A DNA stretch of 47,747 nucleotides, from assembly GCA_048939765.1 (NCBI GenBank), contig JBHLPF010000029.1:1-47747 (forward strand). Reading direction: 5' to 3'. This DNA is from Promethearchaeota archaeon. Its GTDB lineage: Archaea; Asgardarchaeota; Thorarchaeia; Thorarchaeales; Thorarchaeaceae. Positions 10,330 through 19,074 of the stretch are shown here, in pieces; the stretch's first letter is position 1; each line of letters begins with the position of its first letter. Both the position numbers and the translations under genes were made by a program. The notes beneath the pieces were generated by a model, which ran no database searches, was not told where the DNA came from, and saw nothing but the letters and a program-made list of their open reading frames with translations.

Positions 10330-10437
10330 TTAAGTTCCCAATGCTGTCAGTATCGGCACTGAAATTCCATAGAGTGCCACCACTAGTATCACCAGCATCG
10401 CGATGACCAGAAGGAGCTTCTCCCATTCTATTCTCAT
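10330..10437 (-). CDS. Putative 35-aa single-TM microprotein
   Basis: Hand translation MRIEWEKLLLVIAMLVILVVALYGISVPILTALGT*; GGGGGTG just upstream; below the ORF-track size cutoff. Confidence 0.55.
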   Translation of the reverse strand: MRIEWEKLLLVIAMLVILVVALYGISVPILTALGT

Positions 10438-10674
10438 GCACCCCCGATGGCTGCCAGTAGTGCGTACAATGCTACATATAGCCGTTCCCTATCAAGTAGC
10501 TTGTCTGTCTATTAACATAGATAACTAGCGCCTTTCGTCCTAATTAGGGTGCTCATTCCTCAATCATGCCACTAAGATGCATGTTTTCTCATGCGACCCC
10601 AACAGTAAGTCTTAAACGGTGGCCCAGTGCCGACGGGTCAAGCTCTTAGAGAGCTCTCCATCGGAGGACTGTAG

Positions 10675-12363
10675 TTGAACTACAAGACGATAATGTGCGA
10701 TGTTCTCGTTGTTGGCGCTGGCGGTGCTGGATGCCGTGCAGCCATTGAGGCAGCAAAGCACAATCTGGATGTTATCATGCTTAGTAAGGAGCTCCTTGGC
10801 AAGGCTCACACAGCCATGGCCGAAGGTGGTTACAATGTGTCGCTTGGGAACGTTGACCCTGATGATAACCCTGAAACACACTTCAAGGATACGATAGTCG
10901 GCGGGAACTATCTCAACAATCAGAAGCTCGCTGAGATTCTCGTGCGTGATGCCTCTGAGAGGATATTCGACCTCGAGGAGTTTGGGGCTGTTTTTGACCG
11001 AACGCCTGAGGGCAAGATTGCTCAGAGACCCTTCGGGAAGCAGTCTTGGAGGCGCACCGCATATGCCTCAGACAGGACCGGCTCTGAGATCATGGTCACT
11101 CTAATCGAAGCCATCAGAAAGAGCTCTGTACGGGTTTTCGACGAGATATTTGCCACTAAGATTCTCGTTGAGGAAGGCAGAGTCACAGGCGTCACTGCCA
11201 TCGATCTGAAGTACGGTGACTACCTCGTGTTCCGTGCCAAGTCTGTGGTCATGGCAACTGGTGGTGCGGGTCGTATCTATGAGGTGACCAGCAATGCTCA
11301 GCTGGATGTCGGTGATGGTTATGGGATGGCCTATGAGGCAGGATGTGAACTCATCGACATGGAGATGGTGCAGTTCCATCCCACGGGCATGGTCAAGCCC
11401 GAGTCCGCGCGCGGTAGGCTGGTCACAGAGGCTGTGCGTGGTGAGGGCGGCATTCTCCTGAACAGTGAGGGTGAGCGCTTCATGAACAGATACTATCCAG
11501 AGGTTATGGAGCTGGCAGGGCGAGACCAAGTGGCTCGGTCCATTATGACTGAGGTCTTGGAGGGAAGAGGCTCTCCAGACGGAGGTGTGTATCTGAGCAT
11601 AGCGCATCTGCCAAAGTCAATCGTCGAGTTTCGACTTGAGAGCATGATTGAACAGTTCGAGGACGCTGGAGTGGACATTCGTGAAGAGCCTATGCAGGTG
11701 TCCCCTACAGCGCACCACTTTATGGGCGGTATCAAGATAGATGAAGAGTCTGGCACCAACATTCCCGGGCTCTATGCGGCAGGTGAGTGTACTGGAGGAG
11801 TGCACGGAGGTAACAGGCTGGGCGGTAACGCCCTAGCAGACACCCAGGTCTACGGCGCGCTATCAGGCGAGAGTGCAGCCAACTTCGCTAAGGACAACGC
11901 CCACACAGGCATCAACCGTGAAGTCATCATTAAGGAGTTCGAAAAGCTTGAGGCCATGTTAGAACGCAAGGAGGGCATTTCCCCTGCCGATGCAAGGGAT
12001 GAACTCAGGAAACTGATGTGGGAGAAAGTCCAGATATTCAGAAAAGAAGATGAAATGCAACATGCGGTCAAGGAGCTACGCAGAATCGAGAAAGAAGTGG
12101 TTCCCAATATCAAGGTTGACGTGCCAGTCAAACGGTTCAACCCTGGTTGGCATCAGGCCATTGAGTTCGAGCACATGGTGATGACGGCCAGAATGGTTGC
12201 TGAAGCCGCGCTGATGCGAAAAGGGAGCAGGGGTGCACACTATCGTGTTGACGCTGACCCCAATGATAAGGGCTATTACAACATCATCATCCGGAAGGGC
12301 GAAGACGGCAAGATGGAGCTTCGAAAGGAAGACCTCGTCATCATAAAGATAACACCCCCATAG
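10675..12363 (+). CDS. tfrA: Fumarate reductase flavoprotein subunit, thiol:fumarate reductase (TfrA) type
   Basis: Motifs GAGGAG, AHTAMAEGG, QFHPTG, TEAVRGEGG, HHFMGG, HGGNRLGGNAL and SRGAH; TTG start after GGAGG; paired with a CCG-domain B subunit. Confidence 0.88.
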   Translation: MNYKTIMCDVLVVGAGGAGCRAAIEAAKHNLDVIMLSKELLGKAHTAMAEGGYNVSLGNVDPDDNPETHFKDTIVGGNYLNNQKLAEILVRDASERIFDLEEFGAVFDRTPEGKIAQRPFGKQSWRRTAYASDRTGSEIMVTLIEAIRKSSVRVFDEIFATKILVEEGRVTGVTAIDLKYGDYLVFRAKSVVMATGGAGRIYEVTSNAQLDVGDGYGMAYEAGCELIDMEMVQFHPTGMVKPESARGRLVTEAVRGEGGILLNSEGERFMNRYYPEVMELAGRDQVARSIMTEVLEGRGSPDGGVYLSIAHLPKSIVEFRLESMIEQFEDAGVDIREEPMQVSPTAHHFMGGIKIDEESGTNIPGLYAAGECTGGVHGGNRLGGNALADTQVYGALSGESAANFAKDNAHTGINREVIIKEFEKLEAMLERKEGISPADARDELRKLMWEKVQIFRKEDEMQHAVKELRRIEKEVVPNIKVDVPVKRFNPGWHQAIEFEHMVMTARMVAEAALMRKGSRGAHYRVDADPNDKGYYNIIIRKGEDGKMELRKEDLVIIKITPP

Positions 12364-12375
12364 GAGGTACCGAGA

Positions 12376-13941
12376 ATGGCAACGACAATCAAGGCAAAGA
12401 TCCTAAGATACAACCCCGACTCTGACAATGAGCCATACTTCCAGAACTTCGATGTCGAATATGAGCCTGGGATGACAGTTTTGGATGCCCTGCTCTACGT
12501 TCAAGACAGGTTTGACTCCAGCCTGGCCTTCCGATGGGAGTGCAGAGGAGGGCAGTGTGGTTCCTGTGCCGTCAAGGTAAATGGTACTGCTAGAATCGCG
12601 TGCAGAACAAAAGTGGAATCTGATGAGAATCTGGTCCTGGAGCCATTAGAGAAGATGCCAGTCATCAAGGATCTTGTCGTTGATATGGCTCAGACTACTT
12701 ATCGGCTCAGACGAATCAGACCCTATGTTTCACGTGACAAGAAGCCGACGAGGCCAGAGATAATCCATGCAGAAGAGATCGAGAAAGTAAGGGAGATTCG
12801 CAAGTGTATCGAATGTAGCGCTTGCATATCCAACTGTCCAATTGTCCACGAGACCTGGGACTATCCGGGACCAATGATCATCCGACAGATAGCGCGACTT
12901 GAACTTGATCCACGTGACGTAGAGGACCGTATAGCTATGGCCATGAATGAGATGGTATATAGCTGTACAACCTGTAAGATGTGTACTGATATCTGTCCGA
13001 AGAAGATCAACATCCCCTCTCTTGCCGTTGAACTGCTTCGAGCGAAAGCTGTTGAGGCAGGATATCCACTCGCAGAGGGCCAACAGGCCTTCATCGACGC
13101 CATCAATGAAACAGGACGGTCTGTGCCAGTCAAGGACGTGCCACTTCTCAAGGAGGTGAAGGATGCAGAATTCTTTGTGGAGAGTCCACGTGGAAGAGTC
13201 GCATTCTTCACAGGCTGCCTCATAGACTACCGGATGCAGACCACTGGGAAGGCATTGATTGAAGTCCTTAACCGGAATAACATCGATGTCGTTGTTCCGA
13301 AGGAACAGTGGTGCTGTGCAAGTCCGGCCTTCAGAACTGGAGACCTCAACACAGCTCATGCCGCTGCTCGAAGGGTCACTGAGATATTTGAAGAGGCCTG
13401 CAGAAAGTATGATTGTGATACTGTAGTGGTCGCATGTGCAGGCTGCGGTAAGACACTTCGTGAGGACCATCGTCCTTTCATCGAGGAAGATCGTGGTGAG
13501 CCGCCGCTATACAGAGTCTATGACATGGCTGAGTATATGATTCGGGTGATTGGCAAGGAGAATATTGTCCCACCGAAAGGTGAGATCAAGATGAAAGTCA
13601 CCTATCATGAACCATGCCACCTTGGACGAGGCCAACACGTCTATGATGAGCCAGTTGAACTTCTGAAGATGATTCCTGGCGTGGAATACATCGAGGATCC
13701 GTACAGGAACCGTTGTTGTGGTGCCGGTGGCGGCGTTCGTGCAGGACAGCGAGAGCTCTCCCAGAAGATAGCCAATACAAAGAAAGAATACCTCGAAGCC
13801 ACAGGGGCCGACATGGTCACCACCGAGTGTCCATTTTGTACTATTCAGATCAACGACATGATGAAAGAAAGCTCAACCGGAATGAAGGTTCGTTACATCC
13901 CTGACCTTCTGGCTGAGTCCTACAGAAAGGGCAATGCATAA
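12376..13941 (+). CDS. tfrB: TfrB-type subunit: 2Fe-2S + 2x4Fe-4S + two CCG (HdrD-like) domains
   Basis: CRGGQCGSC, CIECSAC..CP and CTTCKMC...CP; CCG-type motifs FTGC/WCCA/CAGC and HEPCH/CCGAGGG/ECPFC. Confidence 0.88.
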   Translation: MATTIKAKILRYNPDSDNEPYFQNFDVEYEPGMTVLDALLYVQDRFDSSLAFRWECRGGQCGSCAVKVNGTARIACRTKVESDENLVLEPLEKMPVIKDLVVDMAQTTYRLRRIRPYVSRDKKPTRPEIIHAEEIEKVREIRKCIECSACISNCPIVHETWDYPGPMIIRQIARLELDPRDVEDRIAMAMNEMVYSCTTCKMCTDICPKKINIPSLAVELLRAKAVEAGYPLAEGQQAFIDAINETGRSVPVKDVPLLKEVKDAEFFVESPRGRVAFFTGCLIDYRMQTTGKALIEVLNRNNIDVVVPKEQWCCASPAFRTGDLNTAHAAARRVTEIFEEACRKYDCDTVVVACAGCGKTLREDHRPFIEEDRGEPPLYRVYDMAEYMIRVIGKENIVPPKGEIKMKVTYHEPCHLGRGQHVYDEPVELLKMIPGVEYIEDPYRNRCCGAGGGVRAGQRELSQKIANTKKEYLEATGADMVTTECPFCTIQINDMMKESSTGMKVRYIPDLLAESYRKGNA

Positions 13942-13952
13942 CCGCATCAAAT

Positions 13953-13979
13953 GAGGAGAGGCCGACGCTTTCTCCTTCC
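13953..13979 (+). terminator. Possible terminator hairpin after tfrB
   Basis: GAGGAGAGGC-CGAC-GCTTTCTCCTT imperfect stem 12 nt after the stop, followed by pyrimidine-rich sequence. Confidence 0.35.
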
Positions 13980-13999
13980 CAACTTTCATTACTTCACTC

Positions 14000-14041
14000 T
14001 TGGGAAGTGACTTCCCAACTTTACACTTTGAAGTTTAAATA
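14000..14041 (+). promoter_or_regulatory. Palindromic operator-like site plus TATA box of the methyltransferase gene
   Basis: TTGGGAAGT-G-ACTTCCCAA at 14000-14018; TTTAAATA at 14034-14041, about 25 nt before the start at 14066. Confidence 0.5.
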
Positions 14042-14065
14042 CTTTAGATAATGAAGTAATACCTA

Positions 14066-14617
14066 GTGAAAATTATGAGTACTACTGCTAATCAAGCACA
14101 CATGTCAAACACAAGCTTCCGGGTAATGGCCTGGTATCTCAAGTTCCGTGAACGATTCAGAAAACCCGCAGAATTTGTGAGCACACTTGGAATTGGTGAG
14201 GGACACAAAGTTCTGGATTACGGATGTGGGGTAGGAAGCTATACAATTCCTGCCGCAAGACTAGTTGGAGAGTCCGGAAAAGTCTATGCACTTGATGTAC
14301 ATCCAATAGCGATTGAACGGGTTGAGAAGCGTGCTAGAAAGGACGGTCTCTCAAACATCGTAACAATCCAGTCAGATTTAGCTACTGGTCTTCCGGAAGA
14401 ACACATCGACTTTGCACTTCTAATTGATGTGTTTAAATCGATAAATGATAGGATGGCTCTCCTGAAGGAGATTCATAGAATATTGAGGCCTTTAGGGAAG
14501 CTTGTATTCCTTATCGATCATGCTTCTCCAGAGGAATGTAAGGAAATAGTTGATGAGTCAGGTCTGTTCAAGCTTATTCTTCAAGAGGAGAATGTGCTTC
14601 GATACGAGAAGATCTGA
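14066..14617 (+). CDS. Class I SAM-dependent methyltransferase
   Basis: Motifs VLDYGCGVG, VYALD and EIHRILRP.G. Confidence 0.9.
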   Translation: MKIMSTTANQAHMSNTSFRVMAWYLKFRERFRKPAEFVSTLGIGEGHKVLDYGCGVGSYTIPAARLVGESGKVYALDVHPIAIERVEKRARKDGLSNIVTIQSDLATGLPEEHIDFALLIDVFKSINDRMALLKEIHRILRPLGKLVFLIDHASPEECKEIVDESGLFKLILQEENVLRYEKI

Positions 14618-14620
14618 GGA

Positions 14621-15898
14621 CTACCGCCCGTTGAGATACTGCTTGAGCATCCTGTGAACTTGAAGGGCAGCCAAAGAGGCGTCAATCAGTCCCTGCTCAG
14701 CCAACGACCAGGCTGCTTGAGTAAAGATGATGACATGTGACGCTCTTGGCGCTCCGTTCAAAGCAGACATGGCATACTGCGCTGCTTTCACAATAGACCA
14801 GTCTTTCCTTGATATGTCTGGGATTACCCCCTCAAAGGCACCTGCCTTCAAATCCATCATCTTGTCCCAGTAGTCTGCAGCATTCTTCACGAGCCATAAT
14901 CTGACTTTTCCTGAGTTTGGTAGGTCTATGCCACTTGGCAATTGGTCCCAGTTGGTCCCCGGTTTCATCTTAATGAGCTTCTCAACCGACAACTTCTGTG
15001 TTGTCAGAGGCTTTGTTCCGATATTCTGGTGCAATCTATCCAGCAACCAATCAACCGTATAGCTATGCACCAGTCCACTTTTGGCTGCAGACGCTATTCT
15101 CTGTGCAAGGATTCCATTATGACCCAAGATGCCAAATTCTACAATGGATGTGGCAATGAGGGTCTTGTGTTTCGACAGACTTGTCGGTGGAGCCATCCTG
15201 TCCATTTGATCATCTATTTTGAAACCATCCGGTTGCTTTTGGGGCACCTTTCTAACAAGATATTCCGTTAGATGCCAAAGCACGGCCTGATACGGAAGTT
15301 TGTAGTCAGAGGATGGGAGTTCGGTCATGAGCGACATCGGCATGATAAAGGCATGTCCCAGGTTGTCAGGGTTCTCTGCGGCTAGAGATGCAGTCATACG
15401 GCGAAGTCGAACAGGATCCTCACGGCTTCCAAGTCGCAGTGCAAAACTTAGTGCACTCATCTGTGCCTGTTTCCTTATCGACTGGGTGTAGTTTCGCATC
15501 GTCATATCCAAGGAATCAAGTCTAGTGTCAACATTGTACCTGGGTCCACGTTCGCTGATCCAGTGGTCGACTGCTGCCAAGTGTAGTCCCAAACGTTCAA
15601 GGAGTGCCTTTTGAAGGGGTTCACCGAGATCCTCTGGCGTCTTGAGCTTGGGAGAAGGAGGCTTGGTCGCCAATATATCGGGATTGGGCCCAAGCTCCTG
15701 TATCATCCGATGGATTGAGTGAGTTATAATCGTAGAATGAGGCGTGTCAAAATCTCGCTGTTCATTCCATGCTGCGGCGTGCATTAGAATCGCCCAGATA
15801 GCAGATGGCTGGCTCTTCGACACCATCTCGTTAACAAGGGATGCTGCACCGGGCTCATCACCAGTCAAGCACGCCTTGAAGAGAGTCATTGAGAACAC
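14621..15898 (-). CDS. Hypothetical helical protein with four His-x-x-Ile repeats
   Basis: 425-aa ORF containing PHSTI, GHAFI, GHNGI and SHVII. Confidence 0.75.
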   Translation of the reverse strand: MFSMTLFKACLTGDEPGAASLVNEMVSKSQPSAIWAILMHAAAWNEQRDFDTPHSTIITHSIHRMIQELGPNPDILATKPPSPKLKTPEDLGEPLQKALLERLGLHLAAVDHWISERGPRYNVDTRLDSLDMTMRNYTQSIRKQAQMSALSFALRLGSREDPVRLRRMTASLAAENPDNLGHAFIMPMSLMTELPSSDYKLPYQAVLWHLTEYLVRKVPQKQPDGFKIDDQMDRMAPPTSLSKHKTLIATSIVEFGILGHNGILAQRIASAAKSGLVHSYTVDWLLDRLHQNIGTKPLTTQKLSVEKLIKMKPGTNWDQLPSGIDLPNSGKVRLWLVKNAADYWDKMMDLKAGAFEGVIPDISRKDWSIVKAAQYAMSALNGAPRASHVIIFTQAAWSLAEQGLIDASLAALQVHRMLKQYLNGR

Positions 15899-15966
15899 CC
15901 GAACTGGATATAGCTCTAACGTACTTATCTCTTCACAAATCCATTGGTTCCGTTAATGTGTCCCTT

Positions 15967-16482
15967 CTAGGACACGATAAATGATTCTCGACACATCGGG
16001 CAGGTGATAGTTTCTCCCCTTACTGCAATTCGTTCCAAATCGCCCTTGCAGTACGGACAAGCACCAATCGTCTTGGGAGGCGGACCAGTACCTGTTCCCA
16101 GAATGAAGTCTCCTGCGTCATGGTCGATTCTGCCTGACAGTTCTCGGCCATCTAGGAGGTCATTCAGAATACGTGTGACGTTCATGGCGCTGACTCCAGA
16201 GTCCTGAGCGATTCGTTCTATTGAGATACGCCGCATCGATTGCACCGTCTTCTTAACTGCAGTCACAGGATCAGTCATGACGGGTTTTGTAGCGGGGGTC
16301 GGAGTGAGAGATTCGCGAGCTTCTGAGAGTCCTGTTGGAACTCCTCCTGCATCCCTCAGCTGCCCTCTCAATTCACCAGTCTTTCGGTTGTACTCCTCCT
16401 CAGACATCAATCCACGCATATAATCCAGGTCCAAGTCTTTGATTGCAGTTTCAATCCTCTTGATTTCATTGGGGTCGCTCAT
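15967..16482 (-). CDS. SHOCT-like + PCI-like winged helix + Zn-ribbon protein
   Basis: GLMSEEEYNRK; RISIERIA...VS...V..IL..LL....LSGRID...G; CPYC...CPMC. Confidence 0.7.
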   Translation of the reverse strand: MSDPNEIKRIETAIKDLDLDYMRGLMSEEEYNRKTGELRGQLRDAGGVPTGLSEARESLTPTPATKPVMTDPVTAVKKTVQSMRRISIERIAQDSGVSAMNVTRILNDLLDGRELSGRIDHDAGDFILGTGTGPPPKTIGACPYCKGDLERIAVRGETITCPMCRESFIVS

Positions 16483-16563
16483 TTCCGAAATCGCTCCTTA
16501 TTATGCGCATCTCTCCAGAAGTGACTATCCAATATAAGCGCAATTGGCTCAAATCCCACATCA

Positions 16564-17142
16564 CTATAGACGAATACCTTCTGGCAATTCATCTAGTAGC
16601 ATCCCTTTCGACTCAGCCATCCTAACGGCATTAGTAGCTTTCTTCCCACCTATGTTCTCCAGGGCTCCAGCCACAGTCTGTCTCACAAATAATGACTCGT
16701 CATCAAGTGCTTCAATTAATGAACCAACTGAAGTCTTGTCCTTACGCTCTCCAAGTTGTGCAGCCACGTGTATCCGAATCATATACCTCGGATCGTTGAG
16801 TGCCTGCACAAGAATTCCAGTGGCACGTTTGTCCTTCATAGATCCTAGACGGTCTATGGCACCCATTACTATTTGCTCATCATCACTTTGTAGTTCCTTT
16901 GCCAGTTCGTCTACTATCGAGTGTTCTTTCTCTTTGGTCTTCTTTTCCTTCTTCTTAGTAGGTTTGGCTGCTGCCTTCTTCCTTGCTGCTTTGGTCTTTG
17001 CGGGTGCCTTCTTGGGCGCAGGCTTCTTTTTCGCTGTAGTCTTCTTCTCAGTCTTCCCTTTGTTTGTACTCTTCTCTTTCTTTTCACTAGTCTTTGTTGT
17101 TTTCTTCTTAGTTGTCTTCTTGGACTTAGAAGTCTTGGACAC
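16564..17142 (-). CDS. HEAT/PBS-lyase repeat protein with Lys-rich N-terminal tail
   Basis: About 70-aa K/T/A-rich tail, then repeats AIDRLG, VAAQLG and VAGALE. Probable GTG start at 17142 after GGAGA. Confidence 0.85.
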   Translation of the reverse strand: MSKTSKSKKTTKKKTTKTSEKKEKSTNKGKTEKKTTAKKKPAPKKAPAKTKAARKKAAAKPTKKKEKKTKEKEHSIVDELAKELQSDDEQIVMGAIDRLGSMKDKRATGILVQALNDPRYMIRIHVAAQLGERKDKTSVGSLIEALDDESLFVRQTVAGALENIGGKKATNAVRMAESKGMLLDELPEGIRL

Positions 17143-17268
17143 TCTCTCCAATCCCCTGAGATGCTGATTCTTGGTGTGGAACATCCTACTTGACTGTTTT
17201 GACTGGGTCTGCCACATCAAAAACGCCTTAACATATGACAAGCAGTCCTAGGCCAGAGGTATCAAAGC

Positions 17269-17655
17269 ATGCATGAGTTCTCAGCCGCGTGTTCAATCGT
17301 AGATGCCGCAGTCCAAGCAGCTGAAACTCATAATGTGAAGAGGGTCACTACTGTAAATGTCGAGGTGGGTGAGTTCACCTTTCTAATTCCTGAACAGCTC
17401 GAGTTCAATTTTGAGATAGCCAGCAAGAGGACAATACTTGAGGGTGCGAAGCTGAACATCAAGAAAGTGAGGGGACGAATCAGGTGTCAACAATGCGCTC
17501 ATGAGGGCGAGGCCCAGATGGAAGATGAAGTACCCTCCCAGGTTGCAATGTTTGCTCCCATGAAATGTCCGAAATGCCAAAGCAGTGCAACTGTGATCAT
17601 AGGCGGCAAGGACTTTGTCATCACGGACATTGAGGCAGAGGTCGCAGCTCCATAG
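17269..17655 (+). CDS. hypA: Hydrogenase maturation nickel metallochaperone
   Basis: N-terminal MHE, VGEFT, CQQC and CPKC, GGKDF. Confidence 0.95.
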   Translation: MHEFSAACSIVDAAVQAAETHNVKRVTTVNVEVGEFTFLIPEQLEFNFEIASKRTILEGAKLNIKKVRGRIRCQQCAHEGEAQMEDEVPSQVAMFAPMKCPKCQSSATVIIGGKDFVITDIEAEVAAP

Positions 17656-17734
17656 ATTTTAGAAGTGTTCGTCTACAATTACAGGAATCATTCTAAAGGC
17701 AAAGTGCTGTCAATCGCAATACCGAGGGAGCGAC

Positions 17735-18505
17735 ATGAGTGAAGATCAGAGCGAAACGATTGAGCTTGAGACCATCCAATCCACTAGTTCGTCCAAAATC
17801 ATCGCAGTTGGTGCAATTCTTTCAGCAGTTTACGCGATTGCCGTTGCTCTGCCGATGAGCCAATTCATTGGTCCTGCAGGCTCTGGAAGCATCTTGAGCT
17901 TTGCAATATGCATTGCGCCTCTCTTCGGTCTGGTACTTGGTCCACGGTATGGCTTTGTCTTTGGACTAATTGCAGGGCTGCTGGCAACGATAGTGTCTAT
18001 CCAGTTTACAGGTCTATATCTTACTCTCCCGACCATAATCATTGGTCCCGCCATTTCAGGTCTATTGACTGGACTATGCCTCCAGCCCATCACGGAGTTT
18101 CGAGGCATCAAAATTCCTGGGCCTATCTTGACATCTGGATATCTCTTGGTTGTCATTTTGCTATACTTGCTGCCCTTGTATGATGCGTGGTGGTTCATCC
18201 TACCATATGCATTGGCTACACTAGTAGCATTCGCTCTTCAAGCCTTCAAGTTCCATTTTGATTCAACAGCCTCATTTTCGCGAATTCCGCTGCAGATACT
18301 GCCCTTGACTCTGATAGGATCATTGACAGACTTCTCAATGATGACACTCGGGTCTGTGTACATCCTTGGACTTGATGCGGCTATCTTCGGGGCTGTCATT
18401 TTCCCTGTCATGCTTCTTGAACGGACGGCATCAGTAATCATCAGTGCCATAATTGCAGGCGTGCTCTTCACGGCTTTCAGGAATGAGCTGTTTGTAGAAG
18501 CCTAG
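17735..18505 (+). CDS. Multi-TM membrane protein, possibly an ECF-transporter S component
   Basis: A.LSA.YA...P and APLFGLVLGP..G pattern; about 7-8 hydrophobic segments. Confidence 0.55.
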   Translation: MSEDQSETIELETIQSTSSSKIIAVGAILSAVYAIAVALPMSQFIGPAGSGSILSFAICIAPLFGLVLGPRYGFVFGLIAGLLATIVSIQFTGLYLTLPTIIIGPAISGLLTGLCLQPITEFRGIKIPGPILTSGYLLVVILLYLLPLYDAWWFILPYALATLVAFALQAFKFHFDSTASFSRIPLQILPLTLIGSLTDFSMMTLGSVYILGLDAAIFGAVIFPVMLLERTASVIISAIIAGVLFTAFRNELFVEA

Positions 18506-18545
18506 CTTCCATTTGGATTCAAAATCCGCAAATGAGAGATGAGAA

Positions 18546-18923
18546 TTAAATCAGAATCGCGTTAAGGATTCCATCCTGTCCAGGTCTGCTTGTGACTTTC
18601 GCTCGGCCTTTCTCTGTCTTGATTATGGTCCCTCTTGTGATGACCTTGCGGCGTTGGTAGTCCATGCTGGCTGGATTCATCTCTACGTCCTGAATCTCTA
18701 CACGATAGGTTTCTTTCTTCTTTGGGTCTGTGACATTCACCATTTTGACTCTAAGAGCTGGGCTCTTTGTCTTCAAGCCTTTACTCTCTATGAGCTTCCT
18801 CTTGGTATCTCCTATTACTGTTTCAGTAGGAGTGCGGCCCATCTGATGCTTTCTCTTACCTCTGAATCGCTTGAGCCTTGCACCTGTCTTCGTGCGACCT
18901 GATCGTCTATGCCAGACACCCAT
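18546..18923 (-). CDS. rps8e: 30S ribosomal protein S8e
   Basis: Motifs RTKTG, KRKHQMGR, VITRGTII and VTSRPGQDG. Confidence 0.97.
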   Translation of the reverse strand: MGVWHRRSGRTKTGARLKRFRGKRKHQMGRTPTETVIGDTKRKLIESKGLKTKSPALRVKMVNVTDPKKKETYRVEIQDVEMNPASMDYQRRKVITRGTIIKTEKGRAKVTSRPGQDGILNAILI

Positions 18924-19074
18924 TTCTGACTACCTCTTGGTTGGGTCACTGTCGCTCACTGCAGAGTGGTTTTAAGTCTTGCTTACTGGTCAAGATGCTG
19001 TGGATACTGACCCGTGCGAATAGTCCGGTTCAAATATCACAAGCAGCCTTGATAATCTCAGCGGAGGCAGAATA

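Noticed and set aside
11101-13823. Long minus-strand ORFs (168 aa, 246 aa and others)
   Set aside because: They lie entirely antisense to tfrA/tfrB and show no motifs.
16544-17193. Hydrophobic + strand ORFs (207 aa and 90 aa)
   Set aside because: Antisense shadows of the Lys-rich HEAT gene; AAG/AAA codons read as Phe/Leu on the opposite strand.
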